DNA of 64,000 bases, from NCBI GenBank assembly GCA_965637545.1, contig OZ281500.1:12276001-12340000 (forward strand). The letters are read 5' to 3'. The notes beneath the pieces were generated by a model. That model worked only from the letters and a program-made list of their open reading frames with translations, was not told the origin of the DNA and made no database searches. Shown one piece after another: positions 50,146 to 63,580 of this stretch; the stretch's first letter is position 1, and every line of letters begins with the position of its first letter. Made by a program: the position numbers and the translations under genes. Source of the DNA: Phallusia mammillata. Lineage: Eukaryota.

Positions 50146-51268
50146 GTCTTGTTCCTTCCGAATCCAATTAAACTAACTGTCCTGCAGCCAAACAATATAT
50201 ATATAATATGAAGCCTGAAAAGGCCGAGCTAATCAATCCAATAGTACCTTTCGCTGGATGGTAAACGATGTTCTGATAGATGCGATGAAGCGAGGCGCGT
50301 GTTTACACGAGTCCTTGCGGCGCAGCCCGCTAAGGTTGGCCCCGTGCTTTTTTCGCTCCTGTTTCCGCTGTAACTTCTTCATTGTGCGTGACGTACATCG
50401 GCGACTTCGGCGTGTATGCTAACGTAATTTCCTTTTGTCTATCAATCAAGAATATCGGCATTTTCAATCAGCAACAACAGTGTACTAAACTTTCACAAAT
50501 AATGTATATTACTGTCAGTAAAGTATGTTTTTCGTATTTTATTTAAGCTTCTGAATAACAGAGTCAGTCCAACTACCAACGGTTTCGCACGCTTCACAGG
50601 ATGCGACGTGACGTAACGACCTGCGTCATTTAAAGGTCGCTTCCCGTAGCGTCTGAGTTCTCTGGTGGCAAGAAGTTCATCGATGGCAATTATAATGTAT
50701 TTAACCAACTTTACTGGCCCATATAGCTTGAAGTCAAGACATAATCGAAACCATGATCAAAAAATCAAGACGGCCCAGAGTCAACTCCCATCGTTATAGT
50801 TTGCACAACATTTTCAATACCATGGTCCATGGTACAACCTATTTTCGTCAAATCTCGTATAACGGTAAAGTTGTGCCAGATGTTTTCACTTTACACCAAA
50901 AATTTGTATAGTCATAGAAACATTAGGTCAGTTATGTATCGTGGCCAGTTTTATGTCTTATCATGTTATTACTCTCGTTAATCAAGGAAACCAAACACCA
51001 ACTGCAAGAAAGCAGAAAGCGTTGTCAACGTTTTTATCTTTGATGGCTAAACGCAAGAATAGCCACCCTTTAACGTAATACACGGAACAGCTGTCATGGA
51101 AGGATTTTATTAAATAGACACTCGTTACGAAAACGACTGGTGGTGGTACCAATATCCTGTTATACTTCCCATTAGGTGAAAATGTTTGGTAGGACAGTTC
51201 TTTTAAAGTTGTGTCAAGTTTAGCTTAAAGGCTAGTATTACTGGATGGCATATTTCAAAAACGTACTA

Positions 51269-51452
51269 AGGTACACAATTCACGGTTTTAAAGATTCTAA
51301 CCAGAAACAAACAAGTCAGTATATTTGCATAAAGCATGACGTTTCGACATCAACTTGAATTTGAGAAATTGAGAAATGAATTTGAGAATGACACAAGTTG
51401 ATGTCGAAACGTCATGCTTTATGCAAATATACTGGCTTGTTTGTTTCTGGTT
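51269..51452. mobile_element. Short hairpin element, same family as 18950-19140, degenerate hammerhead core, copy 2
   Basis: Same head AGGTACACAATTCACGGTTTT; ~60-bp inverted arms 51298-51357 / 51394-51453; TTGAGAA-T-GACA-caagttga-TGTC-GAAAC-GTC; 12-bp flanking direct repeat AAAAACGTACTA. Confidence 0.7.
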
Positions 51453-51524
51453 AAAAACGTACTATATTTCGCAAACGGGAAAGAAAATATTCTAACGGAG
51501 GATTAACCTAATGAGAATTTTTTT

Positions 51525-52366
51525 CAGGAGTGTCCAAAGTGCGGTCCGCGGTCCAAAGGCGGCCGCGACGGCATTTGAAGTGGCCCGCAGTTGTTGTTTC
51601 AAATTTTATTGCATATGGCCCGCAATAATTTGAATAAAGGTTTTGGGTTGTGGCGACTTGCGACTTCACACAAAAGCTTTTCCACGAAACTTTATTTTGG
51701 CTATGGCTTAAAAAGAAAGTATATATACTTTAGGCCAGTGGTTCCCAACCTTTTTTTGTCGCGACCCAAATACTTCCCAAAATTTGGTTTTGTAGATTCT
51801 TGCGACCCATAAACATACCTTCTTACTATTTTTGGTTGATTTTTGTTTGTAAATCAGGGAAGGTTTTCGAAAATTTCTGCGCCAATTTGAAAAATCAAAC
51901 AAATAATATTCGTTTATTTTTAACCAACTTAGAGCTGGCTCAAAGCATTATCAGCCAGACAACGCTTAACAGTGATCTCACACAAACATTATGACGTCAC
52001 AAGCAGAATTAACGACTACCACGCCAAATTGTCATGAAATTATTATTGGGCAACAATTTATGGCTTTGGGAAATAATAAAATAACGCTACGAAACGAAGT
52101 CAAGGAGTAGATGCTTTTATTGCCACAAAAACAGACGACCCAACAGAATTGTCAGGCGACCCAACTTTGGGTCGCGACCCATAGGTTGTGAAACACTGCT
52201 TTAGGCTATACATGGTGCTGACGCAACAAAATCTCAGAATTTCCTGTAATGTTGTATATTTGTGTTATAATTGTCCAGGTAAAAACTTTGCAAAAAAACG
52301 TTGGCCCACAGGCGTCTGCACCTGATAAAAATTTTCCCAAATTAAAAAAAAGTTTGGACACCTCTG
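51525..52366. mobile_element. Older hAT-type MITE hosting a nested MITE
   Basis: Ends CAGGAGTGTCCAAAGT / AGTTTGGACACCTCTG; decayed TSD ATTTTTTT / GTTTATTT. Confidence 0.7.
51736..52198. mobile_element. hAT-type MITE nested in 51525-52366
   Basis: TIRs CAGTGGTTCCCAACC / GGTTGTGAAACACTG; perfect 8-bp TSD CTTTAGGC. Confidence 0.88.
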
Positions 52367-52685
52367 GTTTATTTTCTAGGTAGAAATACCTCTACCTTAT
52401 TTCTACAAAATCAGTCTTAATGTAGGGAAATACCCAAAAGCTATCTTTGGTGGTGCATGTTGCTGCTGTTGTATTTAGTGTTTACTGTTTACTACCGCTT
52501 TGTAAAACTAATTTATGTATACTTGTTCATTTCAAAACGTATTGAAGCTTTTTTATGGTAACTATGCATTCACTAGCGTCTGGTGACATATGAAGTAACT
52601 CCATTGTACATCTGTGAGATCTTGATACGCATTACAGATTACAGTTACACCACATAAGTGTAAACAAACTGCACGTTATAAGACA

Positions 52686-55600
52686 ATGAATAACAATCAC
52701 CTCAAACAGTGTGATAAATTGGTACCAGCATCATATATTAAACAAGCTGAACAGTCATGTACATCAATAAACAATCTAATTAGCCACCTACTGGAGCATG
52801 TAAGCAAGTACATCTTTGTTTTTCTAACACAAAAGTTAGCAACTAAACCTTAAATATTGCAAAAGGATGTTTTTATTTTTGTGTGTTTTGTCTAAATACT
52901 ATGCTGATTTAATTACAGCTTGTATATGTGTACAGAAAAAAATACCTGAAGACCCATGGCGATCGGACATCATAGAAGCTTTACTGTCAAGTTTATCACA
53001 AATGGACAGTAACAACTTCTTGTCATCATGTGGTGCTGGTGAACGGGAAGGAAGAATATTTTCAGAACTTGTGGCCAGCAGGAATTATAGGTAGATAATA
53101 AACGTTCCCTGCAGTTGTGCAGCTAATTTAACACTATTGAAAAGATATATTTCAATAATTTCAGTACATCATGTAAAATCACAAAATTATGTTTATTTTT
53201 TGTGTGTTGAAGCAAATAGATTTGAAATCACCTGTGTGTGACTAAAATGTAATTATAATATTTGATAGCTTTTTTTCTCTATAAATTGCACGATTATCAG
53301 TCAGCACATCTAATATTAAAAAAAAGAGTTATACCCAAACTTTTTTTTACTAGTAATCATGTACCACATTTACTCAGAAAATATGTTTGTGACAGCTGTC
53401 AGCTAAATATGATTTTGTTTCATTACTATAAGCATGTAAATGCATAAAAGTAAGGATGAAAGAAGAATGTACCGTGTCTAATCTAATTTTATATTATTTC
53501 AAATTATCTCTGTCAACAATACTAAGCTTACATACCACCAATGATATGCTCCCACAGTTTGAAAACACTGGTTTAAAACAATGCTAGGAAGACTTTAATC
53601 AGTTAACATCACTTGCCACAATTTTAGATTGCATTGTAAATCTGCACTTTTGACATTTACAGGTAAAAACAAGAGATTAAGGTGTCCCAGTAGTAATGAT
53701 TATTTGTGGCTATTCATGAAAAGGACCCATATTGTTTTTACTCTATAAATTTTTTGATTTTTTATTTTCTTTATGCTGTCAAATGTAAGTCCCATTTTGT
53801 CAATAAGTGGTCCAAACTTTTTCAAGTCTAAACATGTGACCTAAAGTTGTGCAAATTTGATAATGTGCTCCACAATTCATGATAATTTTAAAACATCTAT
53901 ATATTCTTTTCTAAAATACAAGACTCAATAGTTTCATACTTTGTTGTTAAATCAATACCAGGTGTTAAATAATTTTGTATAGAGTTGGATCCACTAATTT
54001 CCACCTTGTTATCTTAACTACATAAATTTGCACAATGTGTTTGGATAACCCCCCCCCCCCCCCCAACTATTTGCTTTTTATTCTGGAGACCTAAAACAGT
54101 TGTTACTAGGCTGTTGCTGTTTAAATGTTAACCCAAATTTTTTCAGTGATAACAGTTAGTGTACATTTAATCCGTAGCCGATATTTTACAGCAAAAATAC
54201 TACAATCTGTTACCCTTTAGTTACTTACATGTAAAAATGCATTTTTTACTTTAAAAATGATCAGGGCTTGTTTATTGTGTATTAGCACAACAACAAAAGT
54301 TGTAATAAAAATTATCAATATCTTTAAGTTATGGGTATTTATTCCAATTATACCACACATAATATCGGGTACTGGCTCTGTAACAGTATTATTGGGCCAA
54401 CACTTATTAGAGTCCTAATTGTGCATTTTAACTACTGATGTACCGAAGGTGTGGTTTATGAAATTTATTCAGCTAAATTACCATTTAAACAAAAATTACT
54501 TGCCACTTTGTTGCCTAGTTTAACTGTAGTAAAAACATATTTTATCAGGTTGGCTCATGGTGTTGGTCGATCTGGAGATGTTACAGCAGTTCAGCCAAAA
54601 GCAGTTGGATCAAGTATTTTAAATCAACTTTGCACCCGTATAGTTCTGGATATAATCAGGCAAGTTGGTAAGTAGACATTGCTGAGTGTAAATCTCTTTT
54701 TTTTAAGTGGGGCAAATGTTTTTTGCTTGTTCTTACCCTTCTCCCCTGTTTTTTGTCCGTTTTTAATGTAAAATGAATCAATGAAAGTTCTACAGGTTAT
54801 AAGTATGGTCAAACTTACCTGCAGCACCTTCCAGTTGCTAGTCTTGTACCCTGTGGATCCTCGTTTTTGATAAAGTTGTTTCTACATTTATTCTGCATGA
54901 TTGGTGATACATTTAGTTGATTTCAAATTAAAAAAAAAATGGTACAATTTGTGGTACAGTATCAAGTGTTTAAATTATTTTAGGTGCTGAAACAGCAACA
55001 TCATGCATTATTGTTCCCATGGCAACTGGAATGACACTGCTTCTATGTTTTTTAACCTTGCGTACATCCAGACCGAAAGCTAAATACATTATTTGGCCAA
55101 GAATTGACCAAAAGTCTTGTTTTAAGGTAATTTGGATTGTAGTTTGGTTTATGTTCGAAAGTACGGATATATTGTACTTGTTTTTGTAAATTGTTTTTTG
55201 TTGTTGTCTATGACACATTTTACAGTCAATGATTTCTGCTGGATTTGAGCCTGTCGTAATTGAAAATAAACTCAAAGGTGATGAGCTTCGAACAGATCTT
55301 GAAATGATAAAAGAAAAAGTTAAACATTTGGGTTCAGAAAATGTTTTATGTATTCATTCCACCACATCTTGTTTTGCTCCAAGAGTCCCTGACAGGTATT
55401 ACAATTGGTATAATTGTAGGGGGATCATGTACAATAAATATGCTAAAACATGTGTTTATTTGTCTTTAATATTTAAAGGTTGGAAGAAATTGCAAAAATC
55501 TGCAAGGAAAATGACATTCCACATATTGTTAATAATGCTTACGGGTTGCAATCATCAAAGTGCATGCATCTTCTACAACAGGTATGCATCATGCACATAA

Positions 55601-57355
55601 AGTTTTTGATCTGTCACCAGTAGTAAAGCATGTATTGCATTTCTGCATTGTGTTACATCACGATGCACAAGGTCATGTTGGTGTTTCATCAGTTACTGTT
55701 AAATTATCATCCTTAGAGATGTATGGGAAAAATTCAAAAAAAGTATCCCCTGATTTTATAGCTCCAATGTTTTTTCTTAGTCTCTGGTACTTCAACATGG
55801 ATTCTGTGTAGCAAGTCTTATGTTTGGTTAGTGTAGCCTGACATTAGATTTTGTTAATTGTTCTTACTTCACCATCAACAATCTTTCTCAGTTTGCATAA
55901 TAAGGCACTGTGATGTCCCCTATTTGTATGGTACATTCACATTTTGTATATTTTAAAACCTTGTTGACTAAAACTACCTTTTGCATGATTATTTTGTTTA
56001 ACTAGTGAAAAGCTATAAAAATACTCCTATTTAGTTAAAAAAAAATAGTTACAAACACTCAAAATGTTTTGTACATCTGATGATGCCCATTGTGCTGTTG
56101 GGATATCATCAGAGCAATAGTTCATTACAAAAAACGAATTTCTTTTTGTAACTTTACACCAGTGGGATGAGAGACAAATGTGCAACCTGTTGAATGAAAT
56201 ATTTGTTCAGTATTTTCTAAAACGTTTCAGGCTGCCAGATTGGGACGAGTTGATGCATTTGTCCAAAGTTGTGACAAAAATCTGCTTGTGCCAGTTGGTG
56301 GGGCCATAGTGGCAAGTTTTAACAAAGACGGTTTTATTGAAAATGTTGCATCTACATATGCTGGTCGAGCCTCAGCTTCCCCAGCTATTGATCTTCTCAT
56401 TACATCTCTGCAAATGGGATTAAGTGGTTTAAAACAACTTCTTAAACAGAGAAAGGTAACTCACTAGTCACTAGTGACCTTAATGTTTCATTTTTTAAAC
56501 CACAAGTAAATGTCTAAAATGAATAAAGTAAATATCTGTTTTTACATTTTGTACACCAATAAAGAAACATGTTGTTTTTCTTTGTTTAATTTACTTTTTT
56601 ATATTACGCTTGCAGGAAAACTATAACTATCTGAGAGATGAAATGTGCAAACTTGCTGAGAAACACGGGGAACAATTGCTAGCCACTCCTCACAACCCTA
56701 TATCTATGGGTAAACTTTTCATTGTTACATACTCATTTCCAACTTTGAGTAGCTATATTTAGCTAATTTCGTGGAAATGCATTTCAGCTATGTCACTGAG
56801 TACATTGGCAGGAATGGAGAAACATGTGACAGAATTTGGTTCAATGCTGTTTACAAGGAATGTATCAGGGGCAAGGTATTGGTTACATTCCTAGGATGTT
56901 ATATTAAATGTATTTCAGTTTTTGCTGTAAAGTGACTGCAGTATTCCAGACTGTATCAGAATTTAGGTGTCCAGGTTAAATGTTTGGCTGTTAATAGTTT
57001 TTAAAGTCAGGGCATTACTTTGGAGTATTATAGCCAACACTGCCCTAATAATTGAGGAAAAATGCAGTAATAATAATTGAGATAAGGGTTTTGTAATGAT
57101 TTTTTTTGTAGAGTTGTTCCACTGGATTCAAAGAAAACTATTGGAAGTTATTCTTTCACTGGGTATGGATCTCACTGTGACCAATACAAATGCCCATATC
57201 TTACAGTTGCTGCAGCAATTGGAATGAATAAAGATGAATGTCAACTGCTTATAAAAAGAATTGATAAAACTTTTACTGAAATAAAATTTAAGAATAATTC
57301 TGCAAAGAACAAAATTCCCAGCACAATTACTCAATCCAGCCAACTAAATAATTGA
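52686..57355 (+). CDS. SEPSECS: O-phosphoseryl-tRNA(Sec) selenium transferase, 10 exons, about 484 aa
   Basis: Exons 52686-52799, 52936-53090, 54549-54667, 54984-55126, 55226-55395, 55479-55581, 56231-56455, 56616-56709, 56788-56875, 57112-57355; motifs [76 protein letters not shown]-lysine motif [13 protein letters not shown]. Confidence 0.97.
54049..54064. repeat. C16 homopolymer in SEPSECS intron
   Basis: Directly visible; exact length may be a sequencing artefact. Confidence 0.85.
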
Positions 57356-58010
57356 TCTATTCTAGATGATTAATTGTTTTTCTGTCTTTACCAAACAACT
57401 TCTTGGTTAAAGCACAATAATTACTATGCAGCTTGTGTTTGTGACAGACATTGACGAATGCAAAGATGGCAAAGTGGTTAGTTAGGGCACCAGCCTTTTA
57501 TTCCCGTATTGCTGTGGCTTGGGGACTGACTTTAATTTATGTTTGGTTAAACAAGCAACATGTTTAGCTCTGAAGTAGCCAACAGTAACCTACTTTTATA
57601 ACCCTAATTGCGATTTACATCTAAGTTGATCAATAAAATGTCATTACCTGCCATCTAAACGACTGCACATGAAGTTGTATTTTCTATTTGTGGTGTGGTA
57701 CTTTGATTTTTATGACCTCTTCAGTTTTATCAAAGTTAAAAGCGTATTGCATTTCTTTGTTGCAATGGCGCCAACATTTTTGTCGCGTTTTTGGTGCACT
57801 ACAATATATTTAATATTATTGACATGCAATGTTGTGCAGATGCGTTTTTTGTTTAGGTCATTGAGCCTACTAGTTTCGTTTTTATTGTGTCCTCATATAA
57901 TTTGGAATCAATGAGAATAAACACTATTATTCACAACAAACAATGACGCAACCTCAGGCACGAGGTTTCGATAGTGATCCACATCCAGAATGTTTATTGT
58001 CTTTGCATGA

Positions 58011-58167
58011 AAGTGGCGAAGCGAGAACAAAGGGGTTTAAAACGGGCAAAAAAAATTTGAGATTGAAAAAGTTGAACTATGCAAGTTAGTTTAAAACATC
58101 GAGTTATGGGACCTACAATGCGCATTTTTTAAACTTTAGCTCCTATCCCTCTCTGGCTACGCCAATG
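58011..58167. mobile_element. Possible degenerate MITE with (C)AGTGGCGTAGCC-like ends
   Basis: AAGTGGCGAAGCGAG at left and CTCTGGCTACGCCAATG at right form an imperfect inverted pair; no clear TSD. Confidence 0.35.
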
Positions 58168-58708
58168 GAAGGAGATATTTCGCACCTGAAGCAGGCAAAA
58201 TAGCTTTTACTGGAGATTGTTTTGTCCGCCTTCCAGGCATGACTAAATTATTGCAGGGTTTTGAGTTTAAAACTGTTTCATTTGTCTCGAGGGATGACCG
58301 CAATCGTCTTTAAAAAAAACGGAGAAGTGCTGATTATGTGGGGTGCGTATCAAAAGAGTGCCAATTGAAAGATATTTTTTGTACATCACCCGTCCACGTG
58401 AAAAATTAAAACATAATCTAAATTTCTGACGACCCCCCATTCTTGTTTTAATTGATTTTCTGGCGAAATCAGGAACCATTCACAAAATATGGCCTGTTTT
58501 GTTAATATCGTGCCATTGCGTCAGCTCTTTTTCCGGTGTTGGTAGTGTTATGACTAGTTTGCAGAGTAACAGATAACTTGATGACAAGGCTACATTTAGT
58601 TACAGTGTCTTGGAATGTGACGAAAGTGATTGTTGTTAATCCTAGAATTTTTTTTAAAGTCTGGTTTATCAGTGTTTTTGTTATCCTTCATCGCTTCTGT
58701 TTGATGTG

Positions 58709-61700
58709 ATGGCTAATCGTTCTTCATTTTCTTGTACGAGGCCTCTCAAGTTGGCAATCTTTGGTACTAAAGGTGTCGGAAAAACAAGTTTAGCGTTACA
58801 ATATTTAACTGAGCACCACATCGACCCGTAAGTGTTGTTTGATACATTCAGCAATTTGTTGTAGTTGGATTAACAAAGTGGGGTAAGAAAATTTATCGAT
58901 ACAATTAATAGCGTGCAAAATAAAACTTCTCTCAATTGGTATTGTAGACCTTTTTAAGCTTAGCGCTTGTCAAACGACTGGTTTGTCCTTTACATGTTTA
59001 CGTTTCAGTACACCAACAACATTAGAGGATATTTACAGAAAAGACGTAAACATTTCAATCGCAAATCAGGAAACAGCAAAGATATTTTTCAGCAAATGGG
59101 GAAAAGATTCAAACAAACCTGTCGAAAAGGTAATTGTTATTGCAGTTGTAGATTGGTGCCGAAAAACATCAAGCTAGTCAACCTTTTTTCTTTACTTAAA
59201 TAGCAAGACTGTAACAAATGCTGCTGTTTGGGTAGTATGTTATTGGATTGTGTCTAATGACGCTTTCATTTAATGGTTTTGTACAACGCGGTACATGCTT
59301 AAGCAGTGGTTTCCAAACATGCTTGCAGCACATCAGATATCTTTACTTTTAACGACACACTTTGCAAGCTAAAACACACAATTTTTGAAAAATTGGTGAG
59401 ATTGGTTTTGGTCGTCCAGAAATTCCAATAGGTACTGCAGCAAAGTAATCGTATAGTAAGGGTACGCAAAACAGAAATATAAGCAACACCTGCAGGCTAT
59501 ATGTAACGATAAAAACAACAAAGAAACAAAAAACGAGATTTTCAAGAGAATTGGAACGTTGTCATGGGATTTTATAACGAACTGTACTCTGTGCATGACG
59601 ACGATATAACTGCACATGACGACACTACAACCATTTTTTGATCCTATTTGTTACTAAGCCATTGGTTGTTAACTTAAATCGAACCCCAGCGTTTGTCCAA
59701 TGCCGTTTCAGGGGTTCAACCAATGTCTTTTGATGTTCAAATGTGCAGCAAACCTTCGCTATACTTTTTGGGATAAATCGCAAAAGCGAAATACCATCTT
59801 AAGTTACTGAATAGCGGAATTACAAAAGGTTTTAACCAATTGTTTCCCTCTGTGACATGAGAAAGAAAATAGTGCCCAATTTGAGAAAGAAAATAGTGCG
59901 CATATGTACTATTCGTAGGCAGCAAAACTTGTCCGAAACCTGACCTTCCATAATTCTGTACTGCTGTTATCGAACATTAAGTGGTTAGTTCGATTTAGTA
60001 CTTATTTAGATTGATTTTAAATATTGCGGTATAAATACTGTTTAATAGAACAGTATCACACGGATCAAATCCGAAACGCGGTCCCCTTTCCCTGGTTTCG
60101 TGCCCTAAAGTTTTATTGTCCTTGCTTGAAGATGAAAAATTCCTGGATTCAAAGCAATCTTAAAAGTTCAACGTTTCGCTTATTTTGATGTCATTAATCA
60201 ACAGACTGCTTTGTTTGGTTTAAAATCGTGACTCTGCTTGCATAATAAGTTAACTGCTTTTATATTAGACACAACAAACTTACAAGTGTATGAAATAGGG
60301 TTAAGAACCACTGCCAAAAGAAGCCTAACATATGGAATTAAAATTGCAAAATATACGTTTTCTGTGTTTTCCTGCTGACAAAGTATGCCACAAAAAATAG
60401 TTTGGTTCTTGGTTGTGTACCAAGCCTTAAGTTTGAGACCACTGCTCTGAGCGGTATACGCCATAACGTACCGGGAACAATTATGTTATTTATGTCTACA
60501 CATACAAATAGGCTACCTTGCTATAAATATTTTCATTTGAAATATTTTGCCAACTTGGTTTATGGGGTTCTTTTTAACTTATAACCCTACAATTATTAAC
60601 AGAAAAGGAAAAAGAGTGAAACTGGATTATATGATACAGGAAGAATTCCAGAAAGCGCCAGTTTGAAGTTTTCATTAGAAATAACCGACACATCAGGGTA
60701 AGTGCGATATAGTAAACTTGTGAAATGTAGAGAATTATTCGCGCATCCCGGTTTGGGAACCTTACATTTGTTCCAAGCTTTAATAAGGAAGTAGCCTACT
60801 CTACTCCATTTCCTTAAAGTGCGTGTTGTTTTTAGGTTTGGCTGACAATCTACACTTACGCAATGCTTAATTCATCTGTTGCGAAATTTCGCATATGTTG
60901 TATAATGTACACTAAAATGCACTTGTAGGTTCTGCTCACCACCGAAAGAAAAAACTTCAAGGTCTAGTTTTTTTGAGAGATTTGTGCTACCACCTCGCAC
61001 ACGATATCGAATGGCCACCCAGGATAGGAGGTAATTAACATATAACTTTTTATTATATAGCCATGATCACCAACGTTTACTGGGGAAAAAATTAGTAACT
61101 TACAACAATTTAGTCCAACAAAGCATGAATCATTGTGAACATATACGCATGCCAGGTACTGCAACATAGAAACCAACACACATAAGATGTTTGGTACCGA
61201 CTAGTCACAATTGAACAAACAAAAAATTGCTTAAGCTATTCCATTATTGTGTAAATGCCAGTTATATTTAAAACAAACAACAGACAGGTGTGTTTTTAGA
61301 GCTAATCAAAGATCGCGATGCAGCAGCTCATGCTCCGTCGGTAGCCTTAGTTTGATGGCTCGCCATGATGCGTGTCTAAGAGACTGCGACGGACTTGTAC
61401 TTGTATTCAACGTTCTGGACTCAGAATCACTAAGCACAATTCGAGAAATACGCGACCGTTTTGTAAATCTTCACGTAGAAGAAGACAACTCCATGCAACG
61501 TCGGAGTTCAATCCAAAGATGTTGTTGTTGTTGTTGTCCGTCGCGAAGTAAAATTCCGACAAACGGAAAATCTGTTCCGCCTATTTTCGTGGTCGGTACG
61601 CATTCGGTAAGTTGCCTGCGGAAAAAAATAGTGAGTTCGTGTTTTGTATTTAAAACAAACTCCTTAAGTAAAGAGAATTTACTTTAAAACTAGTAGTTAG

Positions 61701-63580
61701 TACCTCATATCTCATAGGACAGGGGAATAAGTGCGCCCTTCGGTGTTAATATACTTTGATACCTTGACACAGCTCGGTGCACCAGTAGAACCAGAGTTGT
61801 AAGCGGGCCTGAAATTGGAGCCCCGAACCCGAAAGTACAATCCCCATAACCGACCCGAACCCGAATCGCTTTGAAAAGTCCGTTTAGGCCCGAAAGTTTG
61901 ATTGACAGGCACGTTTAAACCTCAGGAACTACAACAACATAGACAAAAATAGACAATTAGTGTTGAACATGGAGTTTTAGGGCTGTGTGACATTGGGTCA
62001 AGCCCAGCAACCATAGCTACTTAGCCAGTTAATTATATTCAAAAATGCTGACACAGAGTGTAAAGTCAGACCCGAATCAAACCCCCCTTACAAATACAAC
62101 TCGGCCTCTTGGCTCCGCAATATTACTTAATATCAAATCAATGATCCTTTATTCCTCCACAAGCAACTAAGACGGTAATTGTTTGCGCATACTTTAATGC
62201 AGTGCGAAATATTTCCTATTTTAAAGTGGAAACATTCCCTGGTGTTTTTGAACTTCATGAAGAAATACTGGTGTGCATGACAAAGTTTCATAGCTCAAAA
62301 TTTTGTTATTTGTAATGAAAAGCATCCTTTACACACCACAATAAAGTTGAAAGTGCTTAAAAAGTTTGAGAACCACTGCTTTAATGTCTTAGTATTGTCT
62401 ATGATGTCACAAACTATTCTCAGATCATTGATATGTGCAACCATAATCAAAAAAAGTCCTCCTGTGACTAGGGATTTTTTTACGTTATTCGAAACTACGT
62501 TATTTTGCGCGGCCTTTGTGACTAAATTCTGCATAGGACAACTGCAATCACAAAAGTCGAAACACAATGTCGTCATTTAGGGCAGGGGTCTCCAAACTAC
62601 AGCCCGCGGGCCGGATCCGGCCTGCGACCACATTTTTTGGTTTGCTAAATCGTATAAATAACTTTGTAACATTCAAAAAGTAATCTACTCCCTACGAGAG
62701 TTTTCCTGTCGCGATATGTAGAACTGATATTACCTAGTTTCAGGATGGCAACGCCCAGGATTGTTCCAAATCTAATTTGTTACGTCACAAACAAGTTTTA
62801 ATTGTGAGGAAACCTTCTTTGGGTACTTGTGACGTAATATACAATCACTCCACTCAATTTGAGACTAACTATACAGTTTAACAGTCGCATCGACATATTT
62901 TAAATGGGATTGTAGAAAGGTCATATATCTTGGCGCCCCTATAAAAATCGCCTCGCGGGCTAAGTTTGCAAGGCCGGCGCTGGGACATGTAAACTATGCG
63001 TGCGAATAAACTTATCCGGCCCGCAGTGAACAAAGTTTGGTGACGCCTGATTAAGGGGATTGCATACCATTGTTTTTTTTCAAAAGTATTTTGGAAAATA
63101 TGGTAATAATTTATGCATTCCATAAACACATAATGTTCTTTCTTGGAAATGCACCACTGCTGCAAAATGAAATGCTATAGCCATGGGATAGGAACTGTGT
63201 CTTATACTGTGGATTTAGGCAATGTGATACCAAAAATCAAAAAATTACCGATTTCTTTTTTGGCTTCACAGGACCAGAGAAACCTCCAGATGGCGCACGA
63301 GAAACCGTCTCGATTGTACAATGTAAACTTTTCCCGAGATCGCACGATGCTGAATGCCAGGCGAAAGGAAAAGCAACAAAACGCAGGAAGCAACGAACCC
63401 CATATTGTGTTTCCACACGATGTTTATGAAATTATTAACGGTTGGGCGGAATGTGCAGGCTTCGCCGAAATCACTTCCCGTGATCACGCAATGGTTCGTC
63501 AGATTTTTGAGCAACTTTCGCTTGCGATCGTAACCTCGTTACCTTTATCTGTATGGGAAGAATCCCAAAATGTTACATAA
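58709..63580 (+). CDS. Atypical Ras-family small GTPase-like protein, 6 exons, about 327 aa
   Basis: Phase-consistent exons 58709-58827, 59009-59129, 60603-60697, 60929-60961, 61300-61606, 63272-63580. G1 GTKGVGKT, switch-I TTLEDIYRK, G3 DTSG, DGLVLVFNV strand, G4 GTHSD, G5-like EITSR. Confidence 0.8.
62583..63049. mobile_element. hAT-type MITE in last intron of the GTPase gene
   Basis: TIRs CAGGGGTCTCCAAACT / AGTTTGGTGACGCCTG; TSD ATTTAGGG / ATTAAGGG. Confidence 0.85.

Noticed and set aside
54970-55275. Minus-strand 101-aa ORF
   Set aside because: Antisense to SEPSECS exons 4-5; the plus frame carries the conserved [18 protein letters not shown] motifs.
57462-57530. A-box-like TGGCAAAGTGG suggesting a tRNA or tRNA-derived SINE
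   Set aside because: No B box or cloverleaf follows.
57355-58709. SEPSECS and the GTPase as a tunicate-style operon
   Set aside because: They are separated by ~1.35 kb containing repeat fragments; nothing in the sequence supports co-transcription.
61790-62100. Scattered CCCGAA(CCCG) motifs resembling transposon subterminal repeats
   Set aside because: No termini or TSD could be defined.
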